From: Oligoflexales bacterium
GTDB lineage: Bacteria; Bdellovibrionota_B; Oligoflexia; Oligoflexales; Bog-1112
Direction: 5' to 3'
DNA length: 12,411 nucleotides
Assembly (NCBI GenBank): GCA_045106415.1
Contig: JBGCEP010000048.1
Location: 1 to 12,411, forward strand
Under the pieces are notes generated by a model. It did no database searches. It was given only the letters and a program-made list of their open reading frames with translations, and was not told the DNA's origin. This document shows, in pieces, positions 1 to 7,800 of the stretch (position 1 is its first letter; each line of letters starts with the position of its first letter). A program made the position numbers and the translations under genes.

Positions 1-244
1 AAAAAATGATATCAAACTCGCTCAACGCAGTTGGACGTGCTCACACTGCGAGAGCTACCATGACCGTGATATCAATGCTGCCATCAATATAGAGCGTCAG
101 GCCGTGAGCTGTACGGTTATCAAAGCTTGTGGAGAGGAAAGCGCTGGCTTGTCCCATGTGGGAGAAGTGAAACTGTCCTCAGTGAAACAAGAAGTTGGTT
201 TTGAACCTTCCTTTGGATAGGTTTGAATAAGTCCATCACAGCGG
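1..244 (+). mobile_element. Right-hand end of a TnpB-encoding insertion sequence, most likely IS607 family (truncated by the window edge)
   Basis: Carries a TnpB C-terminus. Identity with the inverted copy at 12167-12411 stops abruptly after ...TCACAGCGG(T), which defines the element boundary. A terminal GG fits IS607 better than the TCAA/TCAC ends of IS200/IS605. Confidence 0.85.
2..220 (+). CDS. tnpB: TnpB RNA-guided endonuclease, C-terminal fragment (5' truncated)
   Basis: Hand translation from position 2: KNDIKLAQRSWTCSHCESYHDRDINAAINIERQAVSCTVIKACGEESAGLSHVGEVKLSSVKQEVGFEPSFG*. It contains the W-x-CxxC zinc-ribbon half and the RuvC-III motif HDRDxNAAxNI. Stop TAG at 218-220. Confidence 0.93.
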   Translation, partial: KNDIKLAQRSWTCSHCESYHDRDINAAINIERQAVSCTVIKACGEESAGLSHVGEVKLSSVKQEVGFEPSFG

Positions 245-264
245 TGTAATAATGTTCATAATTC
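125..264 (+). ncRNA. Predicted omega-RNA (reRNA) scaffold overlapping the tnpB 3' end, plus about 20 nt of flank-derived guide; boundaries approximate
   Basis: Nested pairings seen: CTTGT 126-130/ACAAG 187-191, GAGGA 134-138/TCCTC 176-180, TCCC 152-155/GGGA 160-163 and AACCT 204-208/AGGTT 219-223. Possible pseudoknot CGCTG 142-146/CAGCG 239-243. The position matches known TnpB omega-RNAs. Confidence 0.7.
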
Positions 265-268
265 ATAT

Positions 269-905
269 TTATAATGTAGAAGCAGCAATTTTTATAGTGG
301 ATTTGAAGATTAATTTCAATTTGCCATATTTTGTTGCAACAGACCGAAATTCCTTAATTCGACAAAAAAATTTTCATCAACATGCTGCTTTTTATAAATC
401 GACTTTTTAAATTTGGGGTTTGGCTTTGAGGAATTCTCTTTTCTTGGCACAACTGGTTTAGCTTCATTATTACGCACTTCTTGTCGAAAATTCTCGGAGT
501 TATAGGCTTTATCTGCAATGAGGACACCTATATTCGTATCCTTAATAATTCTCTCACCTTCAATTACATCGTGATAATTTATTTCTGTGATGGTCATATC
601 TAAGGCACGCTTGTTTTTATCTGCCAATGTATGAATTTTTGTTGTTCGTTCACTCGATATATTTCTATCGCCGACTCTTGGTTAAATGGTCCGCCACCAC
701 TGTGTTTGTGGGCTTAACATATGTGGAATCTAAGGATCCTTCGGACAGCTCTACATAGCTCAATCTATTCAAGCATCGAACCCCAGGAACCATTGCTCTA
801 TCTGATAATTTTTTTATAGGTTGTATTCCATTCCCCTTACTTTTCTGGGACTGCTATTCATGGTGTACGATGCTTTATTTTTCACAAAATTGATTCAAGA
901 TGATC
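269..905 (-). pseudogene. Decayed IS5-family (IS427-like) DDE transposase with several stops and frameshifts; 5' limit approximate
   Basis: Minus-strand fragments occur in the expected order: ESIL*KIKHRTP*IAVPEK*GEWNTTYKKIIR*; DSTYV-AHKHSGG; TTKIHTLAD; LIADKAYNSENFR (ORF 316-627); YKKQHVDENFF; then, in a shifted frame, FRSVATKYGKL...IAASTL* ending at 269. Confidence 0.85.
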
Positions 906-1157
906 CTTACATACATCTAAAATATAGTCTCAAACCCTACACGTCCAGGGCTCAGAAAATGCATCTTAATTCGCTAGAATCATTCATAGAGGTGGTGGCC
1001 GTAGAGATCTCCGAGTTATACTCGTAGAGTACAACAGCTTGCGGTGCACCACTGACGTTGGGGCCTTGATAGGAGATCAATCCGACGGCGTCAGGAATGT
1101 TTACTTTGAATGTACAGATTGGAAAAGACTCGTTTTAAGAGTGCTTGGAGATTTAGG

Positions 1158-1188
1158 GGTGACCACATAAAAATAAAACGTGGTCACC
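1158..1188. terminator. Hairpin downstream of the transaldolase gene; possible terminator
   Basis: Perfect 9-bp arms GGTGACCAC (1158-1166) and GTGGTCACC (1180-1188) with a 13-nt loop, 22 nt past the stop codon. There is no clear U-tract. Confidence 0.45.
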
Positions 1189-1210
1189 TGTGGTGAACCT
1201 GTAATGTTTT

Positions 1211-2257
1211 TCACTTTTTTTCGTAATCTTTCAGCATTTGAGAGCGTACTGTGTGAATGAGTTGATCGGTACCTTCTTGGAATTGTTTTAAGGTATAAGA
1301 CATGGGTTCTAAACTTTTAAATTGTTCAATTTTTAAACGATCTGGTTCATAGAAATCAAGAAACCTTGGTATGGTTTTGAGTTCGTCGAGAGCTATTTCT
1401 GGAACTGGAGTGAATAATGTTGGTGATGAAGGTGCTTTTGAAGCATGAAACTGCTTCCACCAGCGATAGCCCATTGTCATGACAACATCAGGTCCTGTGA
1501 GCTCGCTCCAGTGAAGTTTATGTCTGTAAGCAGCTGCTAATAATTTAGGTTGAGAGTTTTTTTCTCGAAAAATACGCGCTGATTCTTTAAAAACAGCAGC
1601 GCCAGCCCAACACAATGATGTGGGGCTGATGTCAAGGCGTTCTTTGTCTACGACTTGTTTGATAGCGTCTTCGGTTCTGCCAATAAGTAGAGAGACCCAG
1701 CAAGGTTCTTGTCGGCCAAGGCGTTTATAGCCTCTTTCTAATGCGTTTGCTGATTCAATTGCTTGTGCAACTGTGAAGGCGGCTGTGACATTGACGCGAG
1801 CGCCTTTTGCTGCGACTTCTTCCACTGCGATAAGACCTTCTGGGGTGGCTGGGAGTTTAATAGCAAGGTTTGGTGCAAGCTTATTCAGCTCAAGTGCGTG
1901 CTTAACCATTTTATCCGAGCTTCGATAAAAATGAGGGCTCACTTGAAGTGAGAGGAATCCTTTTTGATGATCTGTTTTTTGATAAATGGGTTCAAGAAGT
2001 TTTGCGGCTGTTTGACCAACTTCACTGATAAGCATCCAGGCTATTTCTGTCTCATGAGCTTGAGGATTATTTTTAATTATTTTTTGAAGAACAGGCATCC
2101 ATCGATCAGGCTGCTTATTAAAAACTTGAGTGACAATGACTGGATTGGAAGTGGCGCCGTTTGCCCCATGTTGAATCGCTTCTTGAAGTTCGTCGAGATC
2201 ACAAGAATCATTCCAAATATCGACACCGTGTTGGATGGTTGTTTGTAAACCGTTCAT
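1211..2257 (-). CDS. tal: Transaldolase family protein
   Basis: Motifs WNDS, GATSNP, G-x-LSLQVSP, Schiff-base lysine in AIKLPAT, VNVT and LLAAA; 348 aa. RBS AAGGAG upstream. Confidence 0.88.
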   Translation of the reverse strand: MNGLQTTIQHGVDIWNDSCDLDELQEAIQHGANGATSNPVIVTQVFNKQPDRWMPVLQKIIKNNPQAHETEIAWMLISEVGQTAAKLLEPIYQKTDHQKGFLSLQVSPHFYRSSDKMVKHALELNKLAPNLAIKLPATPEGLIAVEEVAAKGARVNVTAAFTVAQAIESANALERGYKRLGRQEPCWVSLLIGRTEDAIKQVVDKERLDISPTSLCWAGAAVFKESARIFREKNSQPKLLAAAYRHKLHWSELTGPDVVMTMGYRWWKQFHASKAPSSPTLFTPVPEIALDELKTIPRFLDFYEPDRLKIEQFKSLEPMSYTLKQFQEGTDQLIHTVRSQMLKDYEKK

Positions 2258-2467
2258 ATTATAGTTCTCCTTAAGAATTCTTGAGAGTTTTATTTATTGA
2301 TCTGCTTGTTATCTTAACTTGATTTATGCTGATCTTTCATTACGTGTGAAGAAAAGTATAGATTTGTTGTGTAAGAATCTAATAAATAAGGGTTTTTAAT
2401 CTATAAGAATAAGGCTTTAGTTTTTATGAAGAAACATCCGATACGTATGTAGGTAGTTACCAAACGA

Positions 2468-3274
2468 ATGAAGGAGATTGGTTTGCGAAGATTTTGGGTT
2501 TATGCCATGCCCTGTGTTTTATGGGCTACTGTTCAGTGTGCTCCTGAACCGACAACTTCGCAGTCACCGAGGCGGGGAACTTCAAACGTTTGTGAAAACT
2601 GCGATGTTTCTGATGTCTCTAAAAAACAATCAGATTCTGATTTGGATGATCGTGCTGAAGTTTTTAAATGCCAGCCGTATGAAAAGAAACAAGATGATGT
2701 ATGCGTTCTGATGTCGTTTGCTGATCTTTGTAGTGCCAATCTTTCTACAGGTTATAAACAAACCTTACGTATTATTACAGAGGCTTTAAAAACAGGCCGC
2801 TGTGAAGTTACAGCGCAAAAGCTAGAAACATTAGATGAGCTCCACCTTGTTGGGCCTAAAACAGGGTCTTCAGGAATTGGAACTTTGTCTCGATCAGAAA
2901 ATCAAATTTTAGACGTTGGGCCTTTGGCGACGCTCACACATTTGAAAGTCCTTAATTTACAAAATCACCAGATTAAAGATTGGACTCCTTTGATTCACTT
3001 AGGGGAGCTAGAAGAGCTTTATCTAGGTTTTAATAACATATCAGATATTCGAGGGTTGGTTTTACCCAAGCTTCGTAAGTTGGACTTACGAGGAAATAAA
3101 ATTATAGATGCAACACCGTTAGCGAATTTTTTTAGTCTTGGATCAGGAATTCCAGAAGGAAAAGGTTTGGATATGAGGGACAATCCTCTGGGAAACTCTA
3201 TTGAGAAAACGTCAGAAAATTGCCCCTCAGGCCAAGAAAGTCCTAGCCCTCTAAAACGGTTTTGCCTGACTTAA
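2468..3274 (+). CDS. Leucine-rich repeat (internalin-like) exported protein, probably a lipoprotein
   Basis: The N-terminal signal ends in ...ATVQC, followed by a Ser/Thr-rich linker and a Cys-rich segment. LRR units include LKVLNLQNHQIKDWTPL, LEELYLGFNNISDI, LRKLDLRGNKIIDATPL and LDMRDNPL, with a Cys-containing cap. The 3' end overlaps pdxT by 32 bp. Confidence 0.85.
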   Translation: MKEIGLRRFWVYAMPCVLWATVQCAPEPTTSQSPRRGTSNVCENCDVSDVSKKQSDSDLDDRAEVFKCQPYEKKQDDVCVLMSFADLCSANLSTGYKQTLRIITEALKTGRCEVTAQKLETLDELHLVGPKTGSSGIGTLSRSENQILDVGPLATLTHLKVLNLQNHQIKDWTPLIHLGELEELYLGFNNISDIRGLVLPKLRKLDLRGNKIIDATPLANFFSLGSGIPEGKGLDMRDNPLGNSIEKTSENCPSGQESPSPLKRFCLT

Positions 3275-3833
3275 TCTGCTCAATTTTTTCAAAAAGCCTT
3301 TGGTGCCAAGGAGAAGGAGTCTGTAGGTTGAGTTCGGGGTGAAATGTTGTCACTGTTGTAAGCCCAAATTCCGCCCAGACAGCATCGCCATATGTATTTT
3401 TGTGATAAACAGTCACATCAGAGTTGTGTGTTTCGATACGAGGAGCTCGGATCCAGGAGACTTGATACTCATCAATTGTGTCTTCATGGCTCGCTATTTG
3501 CCGACCATAGCCGTTTCTACACACTTCTATAGGTATTTTTTGAAAAGACTTTTGCTTGTGCGAGAGAATTTTATTGGCTAATAGAATTGCACCAGCGCAA
3601 ATACCCCAAGAAGGCTTTTGAGATAAGAACGTATCGAGAGGTTTCCACATTTTTTTATGCTCGATAAGTTTGAGCATTGTTGAGCTTTCTCCACCAGGGA
3701 GAATAAGGCCGTTGCATTGTTTAAGGTCTTCTTCGCTACGGATTTCAAGGTATGTGGCTCCACAAGCTTCGATGTGAGGCTTGTGAAGAGCATAAGCTCC
3801 TTGGAGAGCAAGAACACCAATAATGGTGCTCAT
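3243..3833 (-). CDS. pdxT: Pyridoxal 5'-phosphate synthase glutaminase subunit
   Basis: Motifs IGVLALQG, LILPGGES, GICAGAILL (catalytic Cys), RNGYGRQ, IRAP and FHPE. The likely ATG at 3833 overlaps the pdxS stop (TAATG), indicating translational coupling. Confidence 0.95.
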   Translation of the reverse strand: MSTIIGVLALQGAYALHKPHIEACGATYLEIRSEEDLKQCNGLILPGGESSTMLKLIEHKKMWKPLDTFLSQKPSWGICAGAILLANKILSHKQKSFQKIPIEVCRNGYGRQIASHEDTIDEYQVSWIRAPRIETHNSDVTVYHKNTYGDAVWAEFGLTTVTTFHPELNLQTPSPWHQRLFEKIEQIKSGKTVLEG

Positions 3834-4726
3834 TACCAACCTCGTTCGGACATGCGTTCTGGTGCTGGGATCGTGTGAACGTCAATACCTTTCATTGCAG
3901 GATCTAAATTTCGAGATGCAGCAAGAAGTGAGTATGGTTTATCAAAGTCGACAACAGCTTTTACGATAGCGCTTGCGAATTTAGCTGGGTTCTCTGATTT
4001 GAAAATACCAGAGCCTACAAAAACCGATTCTGCTCCAAGTTGCATTGCAAGAGCTGCATCTGCGGGAGTTGATATTCCACCAGCTGCAAAATTAGGTACA
4101 GGTAAAGCTCCGTCATGGTGCACTTTTTTAATCAGTTCATAAGGAGCGCCAAGCTCTTTTGCTGCGGTCATGAGTTCTTCAGGTGCCAGGTGTTGAATCT
4201 TACGAATGTCTTGACGGATCTGGCGAAGATGACGAACGGCTTCAATAATATTTCCTGTCCCTGGCTCTCCTTTTGTTCGAATAAGAGCTGCACCCTCACC
4301 GATGCGGCGTAAAGCCTCGCCAAGATTTTTTGCTCCGCAAACAAAAGGAATCTGAAAGTCGTGTTTTTCAATATGAAAATTGTCATCAGCTGGAGTGAGC
4401 ACTTCGCTTTCATCAATATAATCGACACCAATTTCTTGAAGAATTTGTGCTTCTGCAAAGTGGCCGATACGGCATTTTGCCATGACCGGAATACTAACAA
4501 CATCCATGATCGATTCAACCAGCTCAGGGGGAGACATTCGAGCGACGCCTCCTTCCTTACGGATGTCGAATGGAACGCGCTCTAATGCCATTACAGCGAT
4601 AGCGCCTGCGTCTTCTGCGATGCGAGCTTGCTCTGGTGTGACAACATCCATAATGACGCCTTTTTTAAGCATTTCTGCAAGGCCGGTTTTGAGATGTATA
4701 TAAGGTTTATGTGTTGTGCTCATCAT
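3833..4726 (-). CDS. pdxS: Pyridoxal 5'-phosphate synthase lyase subunit
   Basis: Motifs [61 protein letters not shown] and C-terminal ERGW. Confidence 0.98.
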   Translation of the reverse strand: MMSTTHKPYIHLKTGLAEMLKKGVIMDVVTPEQARIAEDAGAIAVMALERVPFDIRKEGGVARMSPPELVESIMDVVSIPVMAKCRIGHFAEAQILQEIGVDYIDESEVLTPADDNFHIEKHDFQIPFVCGAKNLGEALRRIGEGAALIRTKGEPGTGNIIEAVRHLRQIRQDIRKIQHLAPEELMTAAKELGAPYELIKKVHHDGALPVPNFAAGGISTPADAALAMQLGAESVFVGSGIFKSENPAKFASAIVKAVVDFDKPYSLLAASRNLDPAMKGIDVHTIPAPERMSERGW

Positions 4727-4843
4727 ATTCTCCTGTCAATAACGGTGAGCCATATAACCATAAATTGTGTTGTTTGAAAAGGTTTCGGGCGAGTGGAAAA
4801 GAGAAAAGAGCTTTGAGCGCGATAATTTGGTTGTCGATGTGAA

Positions 4844-4884
4844 CATAAAAAAAGGTCTACGAGATACGCAGACCTTTTTTTATG
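4844..4884. terminator. Intrinsic terminator after thrS (symmetric A/T tails)
   Basis: CATAAAAAAAGGTCT (4844-4858) and AGACCTTTTTTTATG (4870-4884) form an inverted repeat with 7-nt A/T tracts, 5 nt after the thrS stop. Confidence 0.85.
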
Positions 4885-4889
4885 GCGTT

Positions 4890-6818
4890 TTATGACTCCG
4901 AGTCAATAGTTAAACTTTGGGATTTGACTAGGTCAACAAAGTTTTGAATATCCATAGCGGGGTGTTGTTTGCCGTGACGGTCTCTAGGACTAAGCTGTCC
5001 GTTTTCCATCTCTTGGTCACCGATGACAACCATATATGGAATTTTATTCACTTGGGCATCACGGATTTTATAGCCAAGTTTTTCATTCCGGCAGTCTTCT
5101 TCAGCGCGAATGCCATGTTTTTTGAGATCAGCAACAATTTGGCGAGTTCTGTCTTCTTGGGCTCCGCGGACGCTTAAAATGCGAGCTTGAACTGGAGAAA
5201 ACCATAGTGGGAAATGTCCAGCGTGATGTTCAATAAAGATACCAAGAAAACGCTCAAGGCTTCCAAGTACGGCGCGGTGGATCATAACCGGTGTTGAAGT
5301 ATCATTTTGAGAGTTTTGATAACTCAAATCGAAGGCTTTAGGCATGGAAAAGTCAAGCTGCACAGTGCCGCATTGCCAAGATCTTTCAAGCGAATCAATG
5401 AGGTGAAAGTCAATTTTCGGTCCGTAGAAAGCACCATCACCAGGATTGACTTGGTAATCAAGTTCTTTTGAGTCAAGAACTGTTTTAAGGGCGTTTTCTG
5501 CGATTTCCCATACGTCGTCGGAGCCAATTGATTTTTCAGGCCGAGTCGAGAGTTCGACTTTAAAGCGTGGAAACCCAAGGTCTGTATAAACTTTGTGGAT
5601 TTGATCTAAGACTTCACGGATGCTGTCTTGGATTTGTTCCGGCTCGCAAAAAATATGGGCGTCGTCTTGTGTAAAAGTACGAACCCGGAAAAGTCCATGG
5701 ACGACACCGCTTTTTTCATGACGATGAACACGGCCAAATTCACTTAATCTTAGAGGGAGTTCTCGATAGCTTCTCATACGTGAGCCGTAAACTAAGCAGT
5801 GCCCAGGGCAGTTCATAGGCTTTAAAGCAGCTTCCCTGTCATCGACCTGTGTAAAGTACATGTTGTCACGATAGTTTTCGTAGTGGCCGCTTTTGTGCCA
5901 AAGATCTACATTCATAAGTAAAGGTGTGTTGATTTCATCAAATTTCCAAGCGCTGTTGCTAAGGCGCATGTATTCAACTAAACGGTTATAAACAAAAGTA
6001 CCTTTTGGATGAAAAAATGGACTTGCTGGAGCCTGTTCATGAAAGCTAAATAAATCAAGCTGTTTTCCCAAAACACGATGATCACGTTTTTTTGCTTCTT
6101 CAATACGATCAAGATAGTTTTTTAGATCATCTGGGTTAGCCCAAGCTGTTCCATAAATACGAGTCAGCATTGGATTGTTTTCATCCCCTCTCCAATAAGC
6201 ACCTGCGATGCGAGTCAGATGGAACGCTCCAGCTTTTCCTGTTGATGGAAGGTGAGGGCCGCGACAAAGATCAAACCACTCTCCCATGCGATAGATACTA
6301 ACTTCTTCATCTTGGGGTAGTGAGTTGATGATTTCAACTTTGTATTGTTCGTTGAGTGCATTGAATTTTTCAACAGCATCGTCTCGTGCAATGACTTCTC
6401 TAGTGATTGGCTGATTTTGTTTGACGATACGCTTCATTTCTTTTTCAATAGCGGGAAATTCTTTTTCACCTATTTTGATTCCCTCAGGGAATGCAAAATC
6501 ATAATAAAAGCCATGCTCAATCACAGGCCCAATAGTGACTTGAGTTCCTGGCCAAAGTTTTTGAACTGCCATAGCAAGAATGTGAGCTGTGGTATGACGG
6601 ATCACCTCAAGGCCATCAGTGTCTTGGGCGGTAATGAATTCAATAGAACCATCTTGCACCGGATGACTTAAGTCGTAGAGTGTCTCGTCATTATGTTTGA
6701 CTGCAATTGCCGTCTTGAACAATGATTTGCTGAGTGATTTTGCAACATCTTTGTAGAGTTGTTGTGCTGCAAAAGAACGTTGAGAACCATCCGGAAGTTG
6801 AATATTGACTTCTGACAT
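4890..6818 (-). CDS. thrS: Threonine--tRNA ligase
   Basis: N-terminal TGS domain; editing motifs RHTTAH and DLCRGPH; RIYGTAW, RDHR, LKPMNCPGH, RVRTFTQDDAH, GAFYGPKID, QCGTVQLDF and IHRAVLGSLERF. Start is ATG 6818 or GTG 6821, with RBS AAGGGG. Confidence 0.99.
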   Translation of the reverse strand: MSEVNIQLPDGSQRSFAAQQLYKDVAKSLSKSLFKTAIAVKHNDETLYDLSHPVQDGSIEFITAQDTDGLEVIRHTTAHILAMAVQKLWPGTQVTIGPVIEHGFYYDFAFPEGIKIGEKEFPAIEKEMKRIVKQNQPITREVIARDDAVEKFNALNEQYKVEIINSLPQDEEVSIYRMGEWFDLCRGPHLPSTGKAGAFHLTRIAGAYWRGDENNPMLTRIYGTAWANPDDLKNYLDRIEEAKKRDHRVLGKQLDLFSFHEQAPASPFFHPKGTFVYNRLVEYMRLSNSAWKFDEINTPLLMNVDLWHKSGHYENYRDNMYFTQVDDREAALKPMNCPGHCLVYGSRMRSYRELPLRLSEFGRVHRHEKSGVVHGLFRVRTFTQDDAHIFCEPEQIQDSIREVLDQIHKVYTDLGFPRFKVELSTRPEKSIGSDDVWEIAENALKTVLDSKELDYQVNPGDGAFYGPKIDFHLIDSLERSWQCGTVQLDFSMPKAFDLSYQNSQNDTSTPVMIHRAVLGSLERFLGIFIEHHAGHFPLWFSPVQARILSVRGAQEDRTRQIVADLKKHGIRAEEDCRNEKLGYKIRDAQVNKIPYMVVIGDQEMENGQLSPRDRHGKQHPAMDIQNFVDLVKSQSLTIDSES

Positions 6819-7045
6819 CACCGACCCCTTGAGAGTGCGAGAAAATAATTAGTAAACGAGCTTTTCATTTGATTCATTTGATCAAAGTCAAATAATAAGG
6901 CTCTGGCGTTCACAGATACCATTAGCGCGACAATTTGTCATGAAAAAAATGGATGTTTTGGGGCCAAGTTTGAGGCATTTTTGCAGAATAATTGTTTGAT
7001 ATGTAGTTAAAAAAACGGTGCTTGATGCGCACCGTTTTCAGTAAG

Positions 7046-7639
7046 TTAAGGAAGTGTAGCTGGGTTTGAGAGACAATAATGGGAAGCGCTAAGAGGAAGA
7101 AGCGCGTATTGTATGGCCCCAGCAACCATGAGAGCTGTTGGTGAAAGAGTGGGTAGTGTATACCCATATTTTTGTGAAAGATAAACAGCAGAAAAATGAC
7201 TGATTCCGATCGCTGCATGGTAGGCTGTGTAATATTCTCCTAAACAGATAGGGTCATTGATGTCATTGATTCCACTGTTCCAGAACATTCTTCCTAAGAA
7301 GGCCTCTGTAATAAGAGTTTTGCTTGTCTCTTTTGCTGCTTGAATCAGATTAGTGTCTTTAAAATGATTTTTTAATCGGTCAGAAATTCTTTTAGAAAAA
7401 GATGATGGTTTTAAATAAACAATTTCATTGGCTTGAAACTCCACTACATCATGATGAAATATTTTGTCTGTGATTTGTGCTTCAATAAGATAACCATCAG
7501 CATCCTCACCGAGGATACTGTCCCCGTTTTCAAGCTCTGAAGCTTGAATATAAGTGCCATCAGAAAGCGCAATTTCTTGAGTAGGGCTAACTTTAAAAGC
7601 TAAGGAAAGAAGAGAGAAAAGAATTAAAAAAAACTTCAT
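7046..7639 (-). CDS. Secreted hypothetical protein with a degenerate Hint-like N-terminal segment and a hydrophobic C-terminus
   Basis: Signal peptide MKFFLILFSLLSLA, then SPTQEIALSDGTYIQASELENGDSILGED...IEAQIT, which resembles Hint block A but lacks Cys1. RBS AAGGAA. Confidence 0.65.
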   Translation of the reverse strand: MKFFLILFSLLSLAFKVSPTQEIALSDGTYIQASELENGDSILGEDADGYLIEAQITDKIFHHDVVEFQANEIVYLKPSSFSKRISDRLKNHFKDTNLIQAAKETSKTLITEAFLGRMFWNSGINDINDPICLGEYYTAYHAAIGISHFSAVYLSQKYGYTLPTLSPTALMVAGAIQYALLPLSASHYCLSNPATLP

Positions 7640-7656
7640 AAGTGTTCCTTCTTTGG

Positions 7657-7688
7657 TACAAAATATTAAAAACTTTAAATATTTTGTA
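7657..7688. promoter_or_regulatory. Palindromic putative operator upstream of the 7046-7639 gene
   Basis: TACAAAATATT (7657-7667) N10 AATATTTTGTA (7678-7688), lying between the RBS and a possible -35 TTGCAA (7707-7712) and overlapping the expected -10 region. Confidence 0.5.
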
Positions 7689-7747
7689 TAACGGAAAGAA
7701 GCTAAGTTGCAAGAATGATTTTTTTAAGGCAGTTTTTGTATGAAATG

Positions 7748-7787
7748 AAGACAGATCCAAAGCAAGGCTTTGCTTTGGATCTGTCTT
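7748..7787. terminator. Perfect 18-bp hairpin downstream of bfr (terminator or 3' stabiliser)
   Basis: AAGACAGATCCAAAGCAA-ggct-TTGCTTTGGATCTGTCTT, 13 nt after the bfr stop. Confidence 0.7.
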
Positions 7788-7800
7788 GTCTTATTTTGGC

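Noticed and set aside
1..141. Perfect identity of the first and last 141 nt, read as terminal inverted repeats of a linear replicon or a 12-kb transposon
   Set aside because: Both ends break at the same base inside tnpB and the first mismatch is at position 142. This is what a de Bruijn assembler with k=141 (MEGAHIT's default maximum) would leave at a collapsed repeat. The cargo is housekeeping genes, so a contig break at a multi-copy IS is the simpler explanation.
236..239. TCAC as an IS200/IS605-type right-end cleavage motif
   Set aside because: Identity between the copies continues for six more nt (AGCGGT), which is unlikely for independent flanks. A GG-terminated IS607-type end fits better.
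821..1027. 68-aa plus-strand ORF
   Set aside because: It has a TTG start, lies antisense to the IS5 pseudogene and contains no recognisable motif.
1763..6671. Short ORFs nested in or antisense to tal, the LRR gene, pdxT, pdxS and thrS
   Set aside because: They are shadow frames of well-supported genes with no independent evidence.
6922..7218. 98-aa minus-strand ORF as a possible immunity gene for the Hint-like protein
   Set aside because: It overlaps the 7046-7639 gene by 173 bp out of frame, has no clear RBS and has atypical composition.
7354..7363. TGTCTTTAAA partial match to the right-copy guide region (possible self-target)
   Set aside because: Only about 10 AT-rich nt match, which is expected by chance, and the match does not cover the start of the guide.
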